Part shown: piece by piece, positions 46,769 to 55,766 of the stretch | Layout: each line of letters opens with the position of its first letter | How positions within the stretch are numbered: the first letter of the stretch is position 1 | The notes under the pieces: generated by a model | What the model saw: only the letters and a program-made list of their open reading frames with translations | Told to the model about the DNA's origin: nothing | Databases searched by the model: none | Assembly (NCBI GenBank): GCA_963830365.1 | Contig: CAWHMU010000045.1 | Span: 143,036-207,035 of the forward strand | Reading direction: 5' to 3' | DNA: 64,000 nucleotides | Source of the DNA: an uncultured Chlamydiae bacterium | GTDB taxonomy: Bacteria; Chlamydiota; Chlamydiia; Chlamydiales; Parachlamydiaceae | Translations under genes and position numbers: made by a program

Positions 46769-49333
46769 CTAAAAAATGCGGCATTTATCAACCACGCTGT
46801 ACTCATGCCGGATTCTTTCGAGAATCTCTTCATCGGCGGGGCAAGGGGTGATGCCCCATATTTTGTTGCAGTAATTTTTGATGGATATATCTGTGGAGAA
46901 TTGTCCCATGCCGGCGATATTATGAATAGCGAATTCGGCCCACTGGGCTGGTTTTTGATATAGTTCTTCAACTTTCTTTTGCATGTGATAGTAGCTTTCG
47001 AGGTCTTTGAGGATAAAATAGCGGTCGGGCGGGTTTCCATAGTGTGACTCGATGAGCTTATGGAATAGGTCGCTGAAGGCTTGATGTTCGGCATCTGTAT
47101 TGGCAAAGGAATGGTCGCGCAGGCTGTCTAGGGCGCGGCGGATTTTGTTGTTGCTTTGGTAGATGTCGCGGGCTTGGTAGGAGTCTTCTTTTTTCATTTG
47201 GTCGATCTCATCGGCAGAGCATCCGAAGGCAAAGGGCCACCACTGATCGGTAATGTCCTTGCGCATTTCGATATTTGCCCCGTCATTGGTGCCGATGGTC
47301 AGCGCGCCGTTGATGGAGAGCTTCATGTTGCCCGTGCCGGAAGCTTCGGTGCCGGCGGTGGAGATCTGTTCCGACAAATCGGCTGCCGGAATGATGATTT
47401 CGGCGCGCGAGACATTGTAATTTTCTATGTAGATGATTTTAAGGGCGTTGGCTGTATTTGGGTCTTTATTGACGCGGCGGGCTACGCAATGGATCAGCCG
47501 GATGATATCTTTGGCCGTGTCATAGCTGGCGGCGGCTTTGCCGGCGAAGATGCAGGTGCGTTTGATGCGTTCATGCTGGGGGTTTTCACAGATTTCATGA
47601 TAGAGCATGATGACATGCAGGATATTCATCAACTGGCGTTTGTATTCGTGGATGCGTTTGATTTGCACATCGAACAGCGAGCCGGCGTCGATGATGGGCG
47701 GCGGGGCGAAAAATTCCCCCTTGTCATCGCGCAGCTTGTTTTCCTGGTTGAGGTATTCAATGAGATGGAATTTATTTTTCTTCTTGATGGCCAGGAATTC
47801 GTCCTGCGTTGAGGCGTCGCCGGCAAAGTTGGCCAGCTTTTTAATTTGGGTGAAGTCTGTGATCCAGCCGTTGCCGATGCGTTTGGTGATGAATTTAGCA
47901 AGTTCGGGATTGCAGTGCAGCAGCCAACGCCGCTGGGTGACGCCATTGGTGATGTTTACAAAGCGCTCAGGGAAGGCGTCATAGAAGTCTTTGAAGACGC
48001 TTTTCTTAAGGATTTCAGTGTGCAGGGCGGCGACTCCATTAACGCTATGCGAGCCGATGATGGCCAGATTGGCCATGCGCACCTTGTCGTTTTCAAGAAT
48101 CGACATACGGCGGATTTTGTCTTCGTTATCGGGATAGCGGGCGCGGATGGAATTGCAGAACTCATAGTTGAGGCGTTCGATGATTTTGAATTGGCGGGGC
48201 AAGAGGTAATAGAAAAGACCCTGTTCCCACTGTTCCAGGGCTTCGCTTAAGATGGTGTGGTTGGTATAGCCTGTCACAGCAATCGTCATCTCCACTGCCA
48301 TCTTCCATGGAATGTCGTGATGCTTGGTCAGGATGCGGATAAGTTCGGCAATGATCAGGGCCGGATGGGTATCGTTGATCTGGATGCGCACCTTGTCGGC
48401 AAAAGCCCTGAAATTATCGTGGCGGGCCAGATAATGGCGGATGATATCCTGAATGGAGGCCGAAACGAGCAGATATTCCTGTTTGAGCCTGACGCGCTTG
48501 CCCGTCTCATGATGGTCGCTTGGATATAGCACATCGGTGAGGGCTGTATTTTCGGCCGCCTCATCCAGCCTGCCGGCATTATAGCGCTGCAGCTGGAAAT
48601 TGCGCGGCGATTCCTTTGTCGTCCATAGGCGCAGCGTGACGGCCGAGAATTTGCCGCTTTGGCTGTAGCCGATGATGGGGATGTCATAAGGCAGGGCAGA
48701 CACTTCTTCGTAATTATTTATCATCAGGATTTCATCGCCATGGATGTTGGTGGCTTCTGACAGCTGCCCACAATATTTGACGATGACTTTGCGCAGGTCG
48801 CGGCGGAATTCCCATGGGTTTTCATTGAGCAGCCAGCAGTCGGGGGCTTCGATCTGCAAGCCGTTCCAGATTTGCTGCTCGAAGATGCCGTATTGATAGC
48901 GCAAGCCATAAGCCTGGGCGGGGTAGTGCATGGTGGCCAGGGAATCGAGGAAGCACGAAGCGAGACGTCCAAGGCCGCCATTGCCTAAACCCGGGTCGGA
49001 TTCGCGCGTGATGATCTCGCCAAAGTTGCGGTTCATCTTATGCATGACGAGGCGGACGACGTCATTGGAATTTAGGTTGGTGATGTTGTTGCTAAGGATG
49101 CGCCCCGGCAGGTATTCCATGGAGAGGTAGTAGAGCGTGCGCACATCCTTTTCCACCTGCGTCCTGGAGGTCGCCAGCCAATTGATCATGATTTCTTCAC
49201 GCAGAGCATGGCATAGGGCGTGGTAGAATTCGTCGGCATTGGCCTCTTCGCTCACCCGCCCCATGGTGGTAATAAGGTAGTGCTTGGTTTTGGCGATCAG
49301 CATTTCTGCTTGGTAGTCGAGATCTACAGGCAT
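46769..49333 (-). CDS. glgP: Glycogen phosphorylase
   Basis: LGNGGLGRLASCFLDS, INDTHP, KRIHEYKRQ, EASGTGNMK (PLP lysine). Confidence 0.98.
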   Translation of the reverse strand: MPVDLDYQAEMLIAKTKHYLITTMGRVSEEANADEFYHALCHALREEIMINWLATSRTQVEKDVRTLYYLSMEYLPGRILSNNITNLNSNDVVRLVMHKMNRNFGEIITRESDPGLGNGGLGRLASCFLDSLATMHYPAQAYGLRYQYGIFEQQIWNGLQIEAPDCWLLNENPWEFRRDLRKVIVKYCGQLSEATNIHGDEILMINNYEEVSALPYDIPIIGYSQSGKFSAVTLRLWTTKESPRNFQLQRYNAGRLDEAAENTALTDVLYPSDHHETGKRVRLKQEYLLVSASIQDIIRHYLARHDNFRAFADKVRIQINDTHPALIIAELIRILTKHHDIPWKMAVEMTIAVTGYTNHTILSEALEQWEQGLFYYLLPRQFKIIERLNYEFCNSIRARYPDNEDKIRRMSILENDKVRMANLAIIGSHSVNGVAALHTEILKKSVFKDFYDAFPERFVNITNGVTQRRWLLHCNPELAKFITKRIGNGWITDFTQIKKLANFAGDASTQDEFLAIKKKNKFHLIEYLNQENKLRDDKGEFFAPPPIIDAGSLFDVQIKRIHEYKRQLMNILHVIMLYHEICENPQHERIKRTCIFAGKAAASYDTAKDIIRLIHCVARRVNKDPNTANALKIIYIENYNVSRAEIIIPAADLSEQISTAGTEASGTGNMKLSINGALTIGTNDGANIEMRKDITDQWWPFAFGCSADEIDQMKKEDSYQARDIYQSNNKIRRALDSLRDHSFANTDAEHQAFSDLFHKLIESHYGNPPDRYFILKDLESYYHMQKKVEELYQKPAQWAEFAIHNIAGMGQFSTDISIKNYCNKIWGITPCPADEEILERIRHEYSVVDKCRIF

Positions 49334-49419
49334 AGCATTATCCCTTTTGTTCTCGTATATGAAAAAATACTTTTAAAGAACAGAGATTTCCAGTGCTTGG
49401 TTTAACTTCGTCCACAAAC

Positions 49420-49483
49420 GAAAGGGACCTAAGGGACGCAAGGGACTGTCGTTTATGTCTTATAGGTCCTTTATGTCTCTTTC
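49420..49483. repeat. 9-nt-period palindrome (AAGGGAC family)
   Basis: aaagggacct aagggacgc aagggac followed by inverted gtcgtttat gtcttatag gtcctttat gtctctttc. Confidence 0.75.
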
Positions 49484-49558
49484 GATGGCCGGATTTCTTG
49501 GTTGATTCAAAAGGCGCGAGCGTTATACTCCGAGAGCATAATGACATCGCCCCTAAGA

Positions 49559-49911
49559 AGGCTGTGAAAAATGCAAAAAGAGAGGAAATCCTAAGGAGTT
49601 ATACATGAAGATATGGTATCCCGTAGCTGTGGCTGTCTTCGCTTGCGCTCTCGAGCCTTAGCTACGGGCTACAAAGAGATGGGCTCTGCCAAGAAATAAG
49701 GCCTTTGAAATATAGTTACAGTGAGGAGCGCTAATCCGTTTCCTCAGTCATCAACGTACGTCATGAGCTTTTTGATGACTTGTAAATCCATCTCTTTGTA
49801 GCCCGTAGTTAAGGCTTGCGAGCGCAAGCGAAGACAGCCGCAACTACGGGATAACGAAGCATAGTATTTAACTCCGTAGGAGTTCCTCTCTTTGTTCATT
49901 TTTTCAAGCCT
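49559..49911. repeat. ~350-bp nested inverted repeat (REPIN/MITE-like or structured RNA)
   Basis: Inner arms 49617-49682 and 49788-49853 (66 nt, 5 mismatches); outer arms ~49559-49602 and ~49868-49911. Confidence 0.9.
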
Positions 49912-49947
49912 AATTTGGGGCCGGATTGTTTAAATCAGCTGAGGATC

Positions 49948-50175
49948 ATGATGCATATATTTTCAAGATGGCGCCTGTTTCAGAAGGCCGCGGTAGGCAT
50001 TCTGGTGGTTTTCATGGGATTGATGGTGCTGGTGACGGTCGTGGCGCATGCCAGGAAATCGGGCAGTACCCGCCAGGATATGTCTCAGGCGCAAGTATTG
50101 CGCAAGCAGGCGCTGATAGGGGCGGGGAAGGCATTGCCACAACCTGTCACCAGCGCAGAACCTGTTGAGGATTAA
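49948..50175 (+). CDS. Small single-TM hypothetical protein
   Basis: ORF with one hydrophobic helix ending 5 nt before the next gene; start uncertain. Confidence 0.5.
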   Translation: MMHIFSRWRLFQKAAVGILVVFMGLMVLVTVVAHARKSGSTRQDMSQAQVLRKQALIGAGKALPQPVTSAEPVED

Positions 50176-50180
50176 AAACG

Positions 50181-50873
50181 ATGACATTATTGATGGCCAT
50201 GCTGCCCATTTACCTTTTCGGAAACCTGCATTGCTTGGGGATGTGCGGCCCTTTGGTGATGATGCTTGGCCAGCACCGCTATCGCTATTTCTATTTCCTT
50301 GGTCGCACGCTTTCATTCAGCCTGGCCGGCATGGTGGCAGGGGCTGTGGGGGCGGTGGCCGACACCTTTTTCAAACGCTATCATCTGACGGAAGTCACCA
50401 GTTTTCTCTTTGGCGGCATCTTGCTGCTGCTGGGGGTATTTACCCTGGCCGGCTGGTCCTATCCCGGCTATGCGTGGTTTTCGCGGCGGCTGGCTAAAGC
50501 CAGCCAAGGCCTCTCGCTGCTGATGTTGCGCGACCAGGCCTTTCCGACATTTCTATTTGGCTTTTTTACGCTGGCCTTGCCCTGTGGGCAGACGCTGATC
50601 GTCTTTTCGGCCTGCGCCCTGTCAGGGGATGCCTATGTCGGTTTGCTGAACGGTTTGGCTTTTGCGCTGTTGACCTCGCCTTCGTTATTCTTCGCCATGC
50701 AGGCGCATGCCCTATTGCGCCAGGCCAAAAAATACTATCAAAGCGTCATCGGCCTTTCGGCCTTGCTCGTCGGCGCCATTGCCATCTTGCGCGGTCTGGC
50801 CGAAATGGGCTGGATTTCACATTGGATCCTCAATCCTAACTCAGCCTCCCATTATCACCTTGTGATCTTTTGA
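50181..50873 (+). CDS. TauE/SafE-like (DsbD_2) membrane protein
   Basis: HCLGMCGP and LPCG motifs, multiple TMs. Confidence 0.85.
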   Translation: MTLLMAMLPIYLFGNLHCLGMCGPLVMMLGQHRYRYFYFLGRTLSFSLAGMVAGAVGAVADTFFKRYHLTEVTSFLFGGILLLLGVFTLAGWSYPGYAWFSRRLAKASQGLSLLMLRDQAFPTFLFGFFTLALPCGQTLIVFSACALSGDAYVGLLNGLAFALLTSPSLFFAMQAHALLRQAKKYYQSVIGLSALLVGAIAILRGLAEMGWISHWILNPNSASHYHLVIF

Positions 50874-50917
50874 TTTTTTTCCTAAGATACGGAACTAACT
50901 TACGAGTGTTTTTTTCT

Positions 50918-53068
50918 ATGAATAAAGAGCCGATTGGATTGTATATTTTTCGCTATGTGCTGGGCTTTGGCCTGTTTGCCTTCATGTGCATGCTTTACTG
51001 GTCCTCTACCTTGGTCGAAAGCAACCTGACGTCGCTGCGCCTGGATATCTCCCAACTGAAAAACGACCTGTTCGCCTCGCGCCTGGAATCCGAGAAAGGG
51101 CGCAACGAGCTCTTGCAGTCGCTGCTAAATGAACAAGGGGCGCCAAGGGCGCCGCAGGAGAATGCTGCCGATGGCAAAACGCTGTCCTCCGGCCGCCCGC
51201 TGAAGCAGGCTGCCGTCAAAGGCGCCTCCGCCAACCTGCTGACTGACGATCCGTTCTACACCACTACCCTGCCTAAAATGCTCGGCAAAGGCTTTTTGCC
51301 GAAGGATTCCCAGCATATGGCGGCCCTGGGCAAGCCGGACAACCTGCACCCCTTTGCCAATTGGGCTAATGTCATTTCTTGGAATGGCCTTTGCACGGCC
51401 TCTGCTGCGACATTGGCCTTCGGCAAATTCGAGACCTTCTGTCCGAGCATGGCCGTACGCATCGAAGAGCGCGCCGATGCGGCCACAGGCAGTGTTGAAT
51501 TCTTTGTGCATCTGCGCGATGATATATTCTGGCAGCCGCTGAAACAGGAACTACTGCCTGCAGGCACCCATCTGGCGCCGCAATTTCTGCGCAAAAACCA
51601 GGTCACGGCTGAAGATTTTAAGTTCTACTATGACGCCTTGGTCAACCCTTATTTCCAGCTTCCCGGCGCCGTAGCACTGCGCACCTATTATGATGATATT
51701 GAAGAAATCAGGGTCGTCGATAAATTGACCTTTGTGGTCCGCTGGAAAGCCAAACCCATTGTCGGTCCCGACGGACAAAGTACATTGAAAGCCAAATACA
51801 TTGCCAAGCAGTGGACGGGCGCCTTAAAGCCGCTGCCCGGCTTTGTCTACAAATACTTTGCCGACGGCAAGAAAATCGTCGAAGATGATAGCGACCCCAG
51901 CACTTACCGCAACAACTCGGTGTGGGCGCAAAACTTTACCGAACACTGGGCTAAAAATATCATCGTCAGCTGCGGCCCCTGGGTATTTGACGGTTTTAAT
52001 GAACGCCAGATCAAATTCAAACGCAACCCCGATTTCTATAACCCGCTGGCGGCTTTGACGGCGGCCATCGAGTACGATTTGAAGGATAGTCCGGAAAATA
52101 TCTGGCAGGAGTTTAAAAGCGACCATCTCGACAGCTATGCGCTGCAGCCCGATCAGCGGCTGGAATACCAGCAATTCATTAAATCCGATGCTTACCGGCA
52201 GCAGGCGGCCAAAGGGCATGCCATTAAGCAACTGGACTATGTCGGGCGCAGCTATACCTATATCGGTTGGAACGAGGCCAAGCCTTTATTTCAAAGTGAC
52301 AAAGTGCGACGCGCGCTGACCATGGCCATTGATAGAAAGCGCATCATCGAACAAAACCTCAACGGCATGGGCATCGAGACTACCGGCACCTTCTACCGCT
52401 ACTCTCCCAGCTATGATACCTCGATAGCCCCCTGGCCGTTTGATCCGCAGCAGGCGCGCCGCCTGCTGGAAGAAGAAGGATGGTTTGACAGCGACGGCGA
52501 TGGCGTGATCGACAAACTCATCGACGGCAAGCGCGTGCCTTTCAGTTTTGCCCTGACCTATTATGTCAAGAATCCGACCACCAAATCGATCTGTGAATAT
52601 GTGGCCACGGCCCTAAAAGATGTCGGCATCAACTGCCGCCTGGATGGCGTGGATATCACCGACCTTTCGGCCAGTATGGACGACAAGAGCTTTGATGCCT
52701 ACCTCTTGGCCTGGGGCTTAGGCACGCCGCCTGAAAATCCGCGCCAGCTGTGGTCTTCGGCCGGTGCCAAGGAAAAAGGCTCCTCCAATACCATCGGCTT
52801 TGCCAATGCCGAAATCGACACCATCATCGATAAGCTGGACTATGAATACGACCCAGCTAAGCGCATCGCCTTGTATCACCGCTTCGATGCCATCATCCAT
52901 GAGCTGCAGCCCTATACCTTCCTGTATACGCCTAAAACCACGCTGCTCTACCGCGAATATCTGCAGAATGTCTTCCTGCCTGTCGACAGGCAAGACCTTG
53001 TGCCGGGAGCCAACATCGCCGAACCCGACCCCAGCATCTTCTGGATCAAATCAGATAAGAGCAAATAG
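50918..53068 (+). CDS. oppA: Oligopeptide ABC transporter substrate-binding protein (chlamydial type)
   Basis: SBP family 5 motifs TAEDFKFYYD, YTYIGWN, VRRALTMAIDR; likely ATG at 50918. Confidence 0.9.
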   Translation: MNKEPIGLYIFRYVLGFGLFAFMCMLYWSSTLVESNLTSLRLDISQLKNDLFASRLESEKGRNELLQSLLNEQGAPRAPQENAADGKTLSSGRPLKQAAVKGASANLLTDDPFYTTTLPKMLGKGFLPKDSQHMAALGKPDNLHPFANWANVISWNGLCTASAATLAFGKFETFCPSMAVRIEERADAATGSVEFFVHLRDDIFWQPLKQELLPAGTHLAPQFLRKNQVTAEDFKFYYDALVNPYFQLPGAVALRTYYDDIEEIRVVDKLTFVVRWKAKPIVGPDGQSTLKAKYIAKQWTGALKPLPGFVYKYFADGKKIVEDDSDPSTYRNNSVWAQNFTEHWAKNIIVSCGPWVFDGFNERQIKFKRNPDFYNPLAALTAAIEYDLKDSPENIWQEFKSDHLDSYALQPDQRLEYQQFIKSDAYRQQAAKGHAIKQLDYVGRSYTYIGWNEAKPLFQSDKVRRALTMAIDRKRIIEQNLNGMGIETTGTFYRYSPSYDTSIAPWPFDPQQARRLLEEEGWFDSDGDGVIDKLIDGKRVPFSFALTYYVKNPTTKSICEYVATALKDVGINCRLDGVDITDLSASMDDKSFDAYLLAWGLGTPPENPRQLWSSAGAKEKGSSNTIGFANAEIDTIIDKLDYEYDPAKRIALYHRFDAIIHELQPYTFLYTPKTTLLYREYLQNVFLPVDRQDLVPGANIAEPDPSIFWIKSDKSK

Positions 53069-54200
53069 CAGGATATTTGGATGGACAGGATAAAAAATAG
53101 CACACAACTTCTCCATGCTGATATCTCTGAACAAATCATTGGGTGTTTTTTTGAAGTAATAAGTGAACTCGGTTCTGGTTTTTTGGAAAAGGTTTACAAA
53201 AACGCCCTTTTCTTAGCACTGAAACAAAAGGGATTGAATGTCTCGACTGAGCAAGTCTTTGAAGTTGTATTCAGAAAGCACTTAATTGGGAAATATATTG
53301 CAGATCTTATCGTTGAGAATTTGATTGTTATTGAGCTTAAATGTTGTAAGACCTTGTTGCCAGAACATCAAGCTCAATTGATAAATTATCTAAAAGCATC
53401 GGGGTTGCCCGTTGGTTTATTAGTGAATTTTGGGAATCAGAAGTTGGAATATAAGCGGCTGCACCACCCGGACAAGTTGATTGAGGCAGAGGAATATGAA
53501 AAACCCGGTCATTTGTTGGCTGCTACAATTGAAACATGAGAAATTATATGGGCTATCCTGTCCATCCTAATATCCTGTTATTTCTTTCTAACAAGAATAA
53601 ATAACAGGATATTAGGATGGACAGGATAAACAAAAAAAACGGAACCACCCTATATTGAGGGCCAATTTTTGGCAGCCACAATTGAAATAGGAAATTATAT
53701 CGGCCATCCTGACCATCCTAATATCCTGTTATTACTTTCTAACAAGAACAAATAACAGGATATTTGGATGGACAGGATAAACAAAAAAAACGGAACCACC
53801 CTATATTGAGGGCCATTTTTTTGCTGCCGAAATCGAAACGTGAGAAATTATATCGGCCATCCTGTCCATCCTAATATCCTATTATTTCTTTCTAACAAGA
53901 ATAAATAACAGGATATTAGGATGGACAGGATAAACAAAAAAAACGGAACCACCCTATATTGAGGGCCAATTTTTGGCAGCCACAATTGAAACATGCGAAA
54001 TTATATCGGCCATCCTGACCATCCTAATATCCTGTTAATTATTTCTAAGTGAATAAATAACAGGATATTAGGATGGTCAGGATAAACAAAAAAACGAAAC
54101 CACCCTATATTGAGGGCCAATTTTTGGCAGCCACAATTGAAACATGCGAAATTATATCGGCCATCCTGACCATCCTAATATCCTGTTATTACTTTCTAAC
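53063..54200. repeat. Inverted-repeat-bounded element carrying GxxExxY (53063-53583), followed by four ~152-bp gene-less copies
   Basis: Left repeats at 53063, 53599, 53750, 53903 and 54055; right (reverse-complement) repeats at 53555, 53706, 53859, 54012 and 54163. Confidence 0.95.
53081..53539 (+). CDS. GxxExxY-family PD-(D/E)xK nuclease-like protein
   Basis: GFLEKVY (GxxExxY), ADLIVE...IELK, AQLINYLK...GLLVNFG. Confidence 0.93.
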   Translation: MDRIKNSTQLLHADISEQIIGCFFEVISELGSGFLEKVYKNALFLALKQKGLNVSTEQVFEVVFRKHLIGKYIADLIVENLIVIELKCCKTLLPEHQAQLINYLKASGLPVGLLVNFGNQKLEYKRLHHPDKLIEAEEYEKPGHLLAATIET

Positions 54201-54259
54201 TGTCGCGTATCAATGGATATTTGTGGCAAAGCTCCAGGCGACAGGCAACACGGATCGAC

Positions 54260-55762
54260 ATGCTTAATTACCTGATCAGGCGTCTTTTACTTCTGCCTCT
54301 CACGCTGTTCTGCATCATCCTGGTGAATTTCGTGATCATCAACCTGGCGCCGGGCGATCCCGTCACGGTCACAGAGATTTCCCCTGAGGGCAACGCCTCG
54401 CGCAATGCCGACCGCGCCATGGCCTTCGGCTCTGATGAGCGTTATCTGCAGTTCCGCGAGCGCTATGGACTGACGTTGCCGATCCTGTTCAACACCTGGC
54501 CGTGGGCTTCCAAGGCCGATGTCGATGACGATTTACGCATCCTGCTGACGCATAAGGAAACGCCAGGCAGCCTACAGGAGATGCCGGTCAAGGCCTACGA
54601 TGCCCTGCGCGTGACTTTCGGCGACGAAGCCAAGTACATCATGCCGAAGCTGCTGGCAGTCATCCAGGACACCTCCCAGCCACTAGCCACGCGCAGCATG
54701 GCGGCGCGCTTTTTCGTGCGCGGTGCAACGCAACAGGCTTTCTTAGGCACGGGCTTGACCGATGCGCAGGCCAGCTTCAACCGCAAGATCGCCATCGATA
54801 ACAACATGCTGCGCAGCACCATCATCAGCCCTAAGGACACGCCGCCAGTGGTGGAAAGCAAAGCCGGCAAGCTGGCCGAGTGGTACCAGGCCAATAGCGC
54901 AACTTACCGTTTCGTGCCCACCACCGCCCAGAAGTTCAAGATTTTCTTCCTGGAGACGCGCTTTTGGCGCTATATGGGACGCGTGGTGACGCTGGATTTC
55001 GGCACGCTGCGCAATGACGACAACAAGACGGTGATCAGCGAAGTCACCAGGCGCTTTAAATATTCGCTGACGCTAGCTATCCTGCCGATGTTCATCACCT
55101 TCATCGCCTGCCAGATCTTCGGTTGCGTGATGGCCTACAAGCAAAATCAATGGCCCGATTACTTCTTGAGCGTCTTCTTTCTCATCCTCTATGCCCTGCC
55201 GGTCTTTGTGGTGGCGCCCTTCCTGATCGAAATCGTGGCGCTGAACCGGGATTTCCCCTTCTCCAATATACCCATCCCTATCAGCGGATTTAGCAGTCCA
55301 GACCGCATCTACGACAACCTGAACTCCTATCAGCGCCTGTTCGATGTGCTTGAACATATCTTTCTGCCGCTTGTCGCCGTGATGTACGGCGGCCTGGCCG
55401 CCCAGTCGCGTCTGTCGCGCACCGCGGTGCTGGAAGTGCTCCGCCAGGACTATGTGCGGACGGCCTGGGCCAAGGGGCTGCCGTCCTCGACGATCCTGGT
55501 CAAACATGTAGGGCGCAATGCGGCCATCACGATCGTGACCTCCCTTGCCAGCTCGCTTGGGGTCGTGTTGGGGGGTTCTTTGATCGTCGAAACGCTATTT
55601 GATATCAACGGCTTTGGCAAATTCTTCTACGATGCCGTCGTCAACCGCGACTACAACGTGATCATGTTCTCCTCCCTGGCCGGTTCGTTCTTGTCATTGG
55701 TCGGCTATCTGGCCGCCGATATCGCCTATACGGTCCTTGATCCACGCCTGACACTGGAGTAA
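54260..55762 (+). CDS. oppB: Oligopeptide ABC permease
   Basis: MLNYLIRRLL...NLAPGDP; EVLRQDYVRTAWAKGL; LDPR at the C-terminus. Confidence 0.93.
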   Translation: MLNYLIRRLLLLPLTLFCIILVNFVIINLAPGDPVTVTEISPEGNASRNADRAMAFGSDERYLQFRERYGLTLPILFNTWPWASKADVDDDLRILLTHKETPGSLQEMPVKAYDALRVTFGDEAKYIMPKLLAVIQDTSQPLATRSMAARFFVRGATQQAFLGTGLTDAQASFNRKIAIDNNMLRSTIISPKDTPPVVESKAGKLAEWYQANSATYRFVPTTAQKFKIFFLETRFWRYMGRVVTLDFGTLRNDDNKTVISEVTRRFKYSLTLAILPMFITFIACQIFGCVMAYKQNQWPDYFLSVFFLILYALPVFVVAPFLIEIVALNRDFPFSNIPIPISGFSSPDRIYDNLNSYQRLFDVLEHIFLPLVAVMYGGLAAQSRLSRTAVLEVLRQDYVRTAWAKGLPSSTILVKHVGRNAAITIVTSLASSLGVVLGGSLIVETLFDINGFGKFFYDAVVNRDYNVIMFSSLAGSFLSLVGYLAADIAYTVLDPRLTLE

Positions 55763-55766
55763 ATCG

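Noticed and set aside
53555..54200. CRISPR array next to a nuclease
   Set aside because: The segments between repeats are near-identical to each other and resemble the adjacent gene end; repeats alternate in orientation; there are no cas genes.
54073..54267. 64-aa ORF in the last array unit as a real gene
   Set aside because: It is repeat-derived, and equivalent frames in other units are shifted by A-run length differences; used only as evidence of gene-derived origin.
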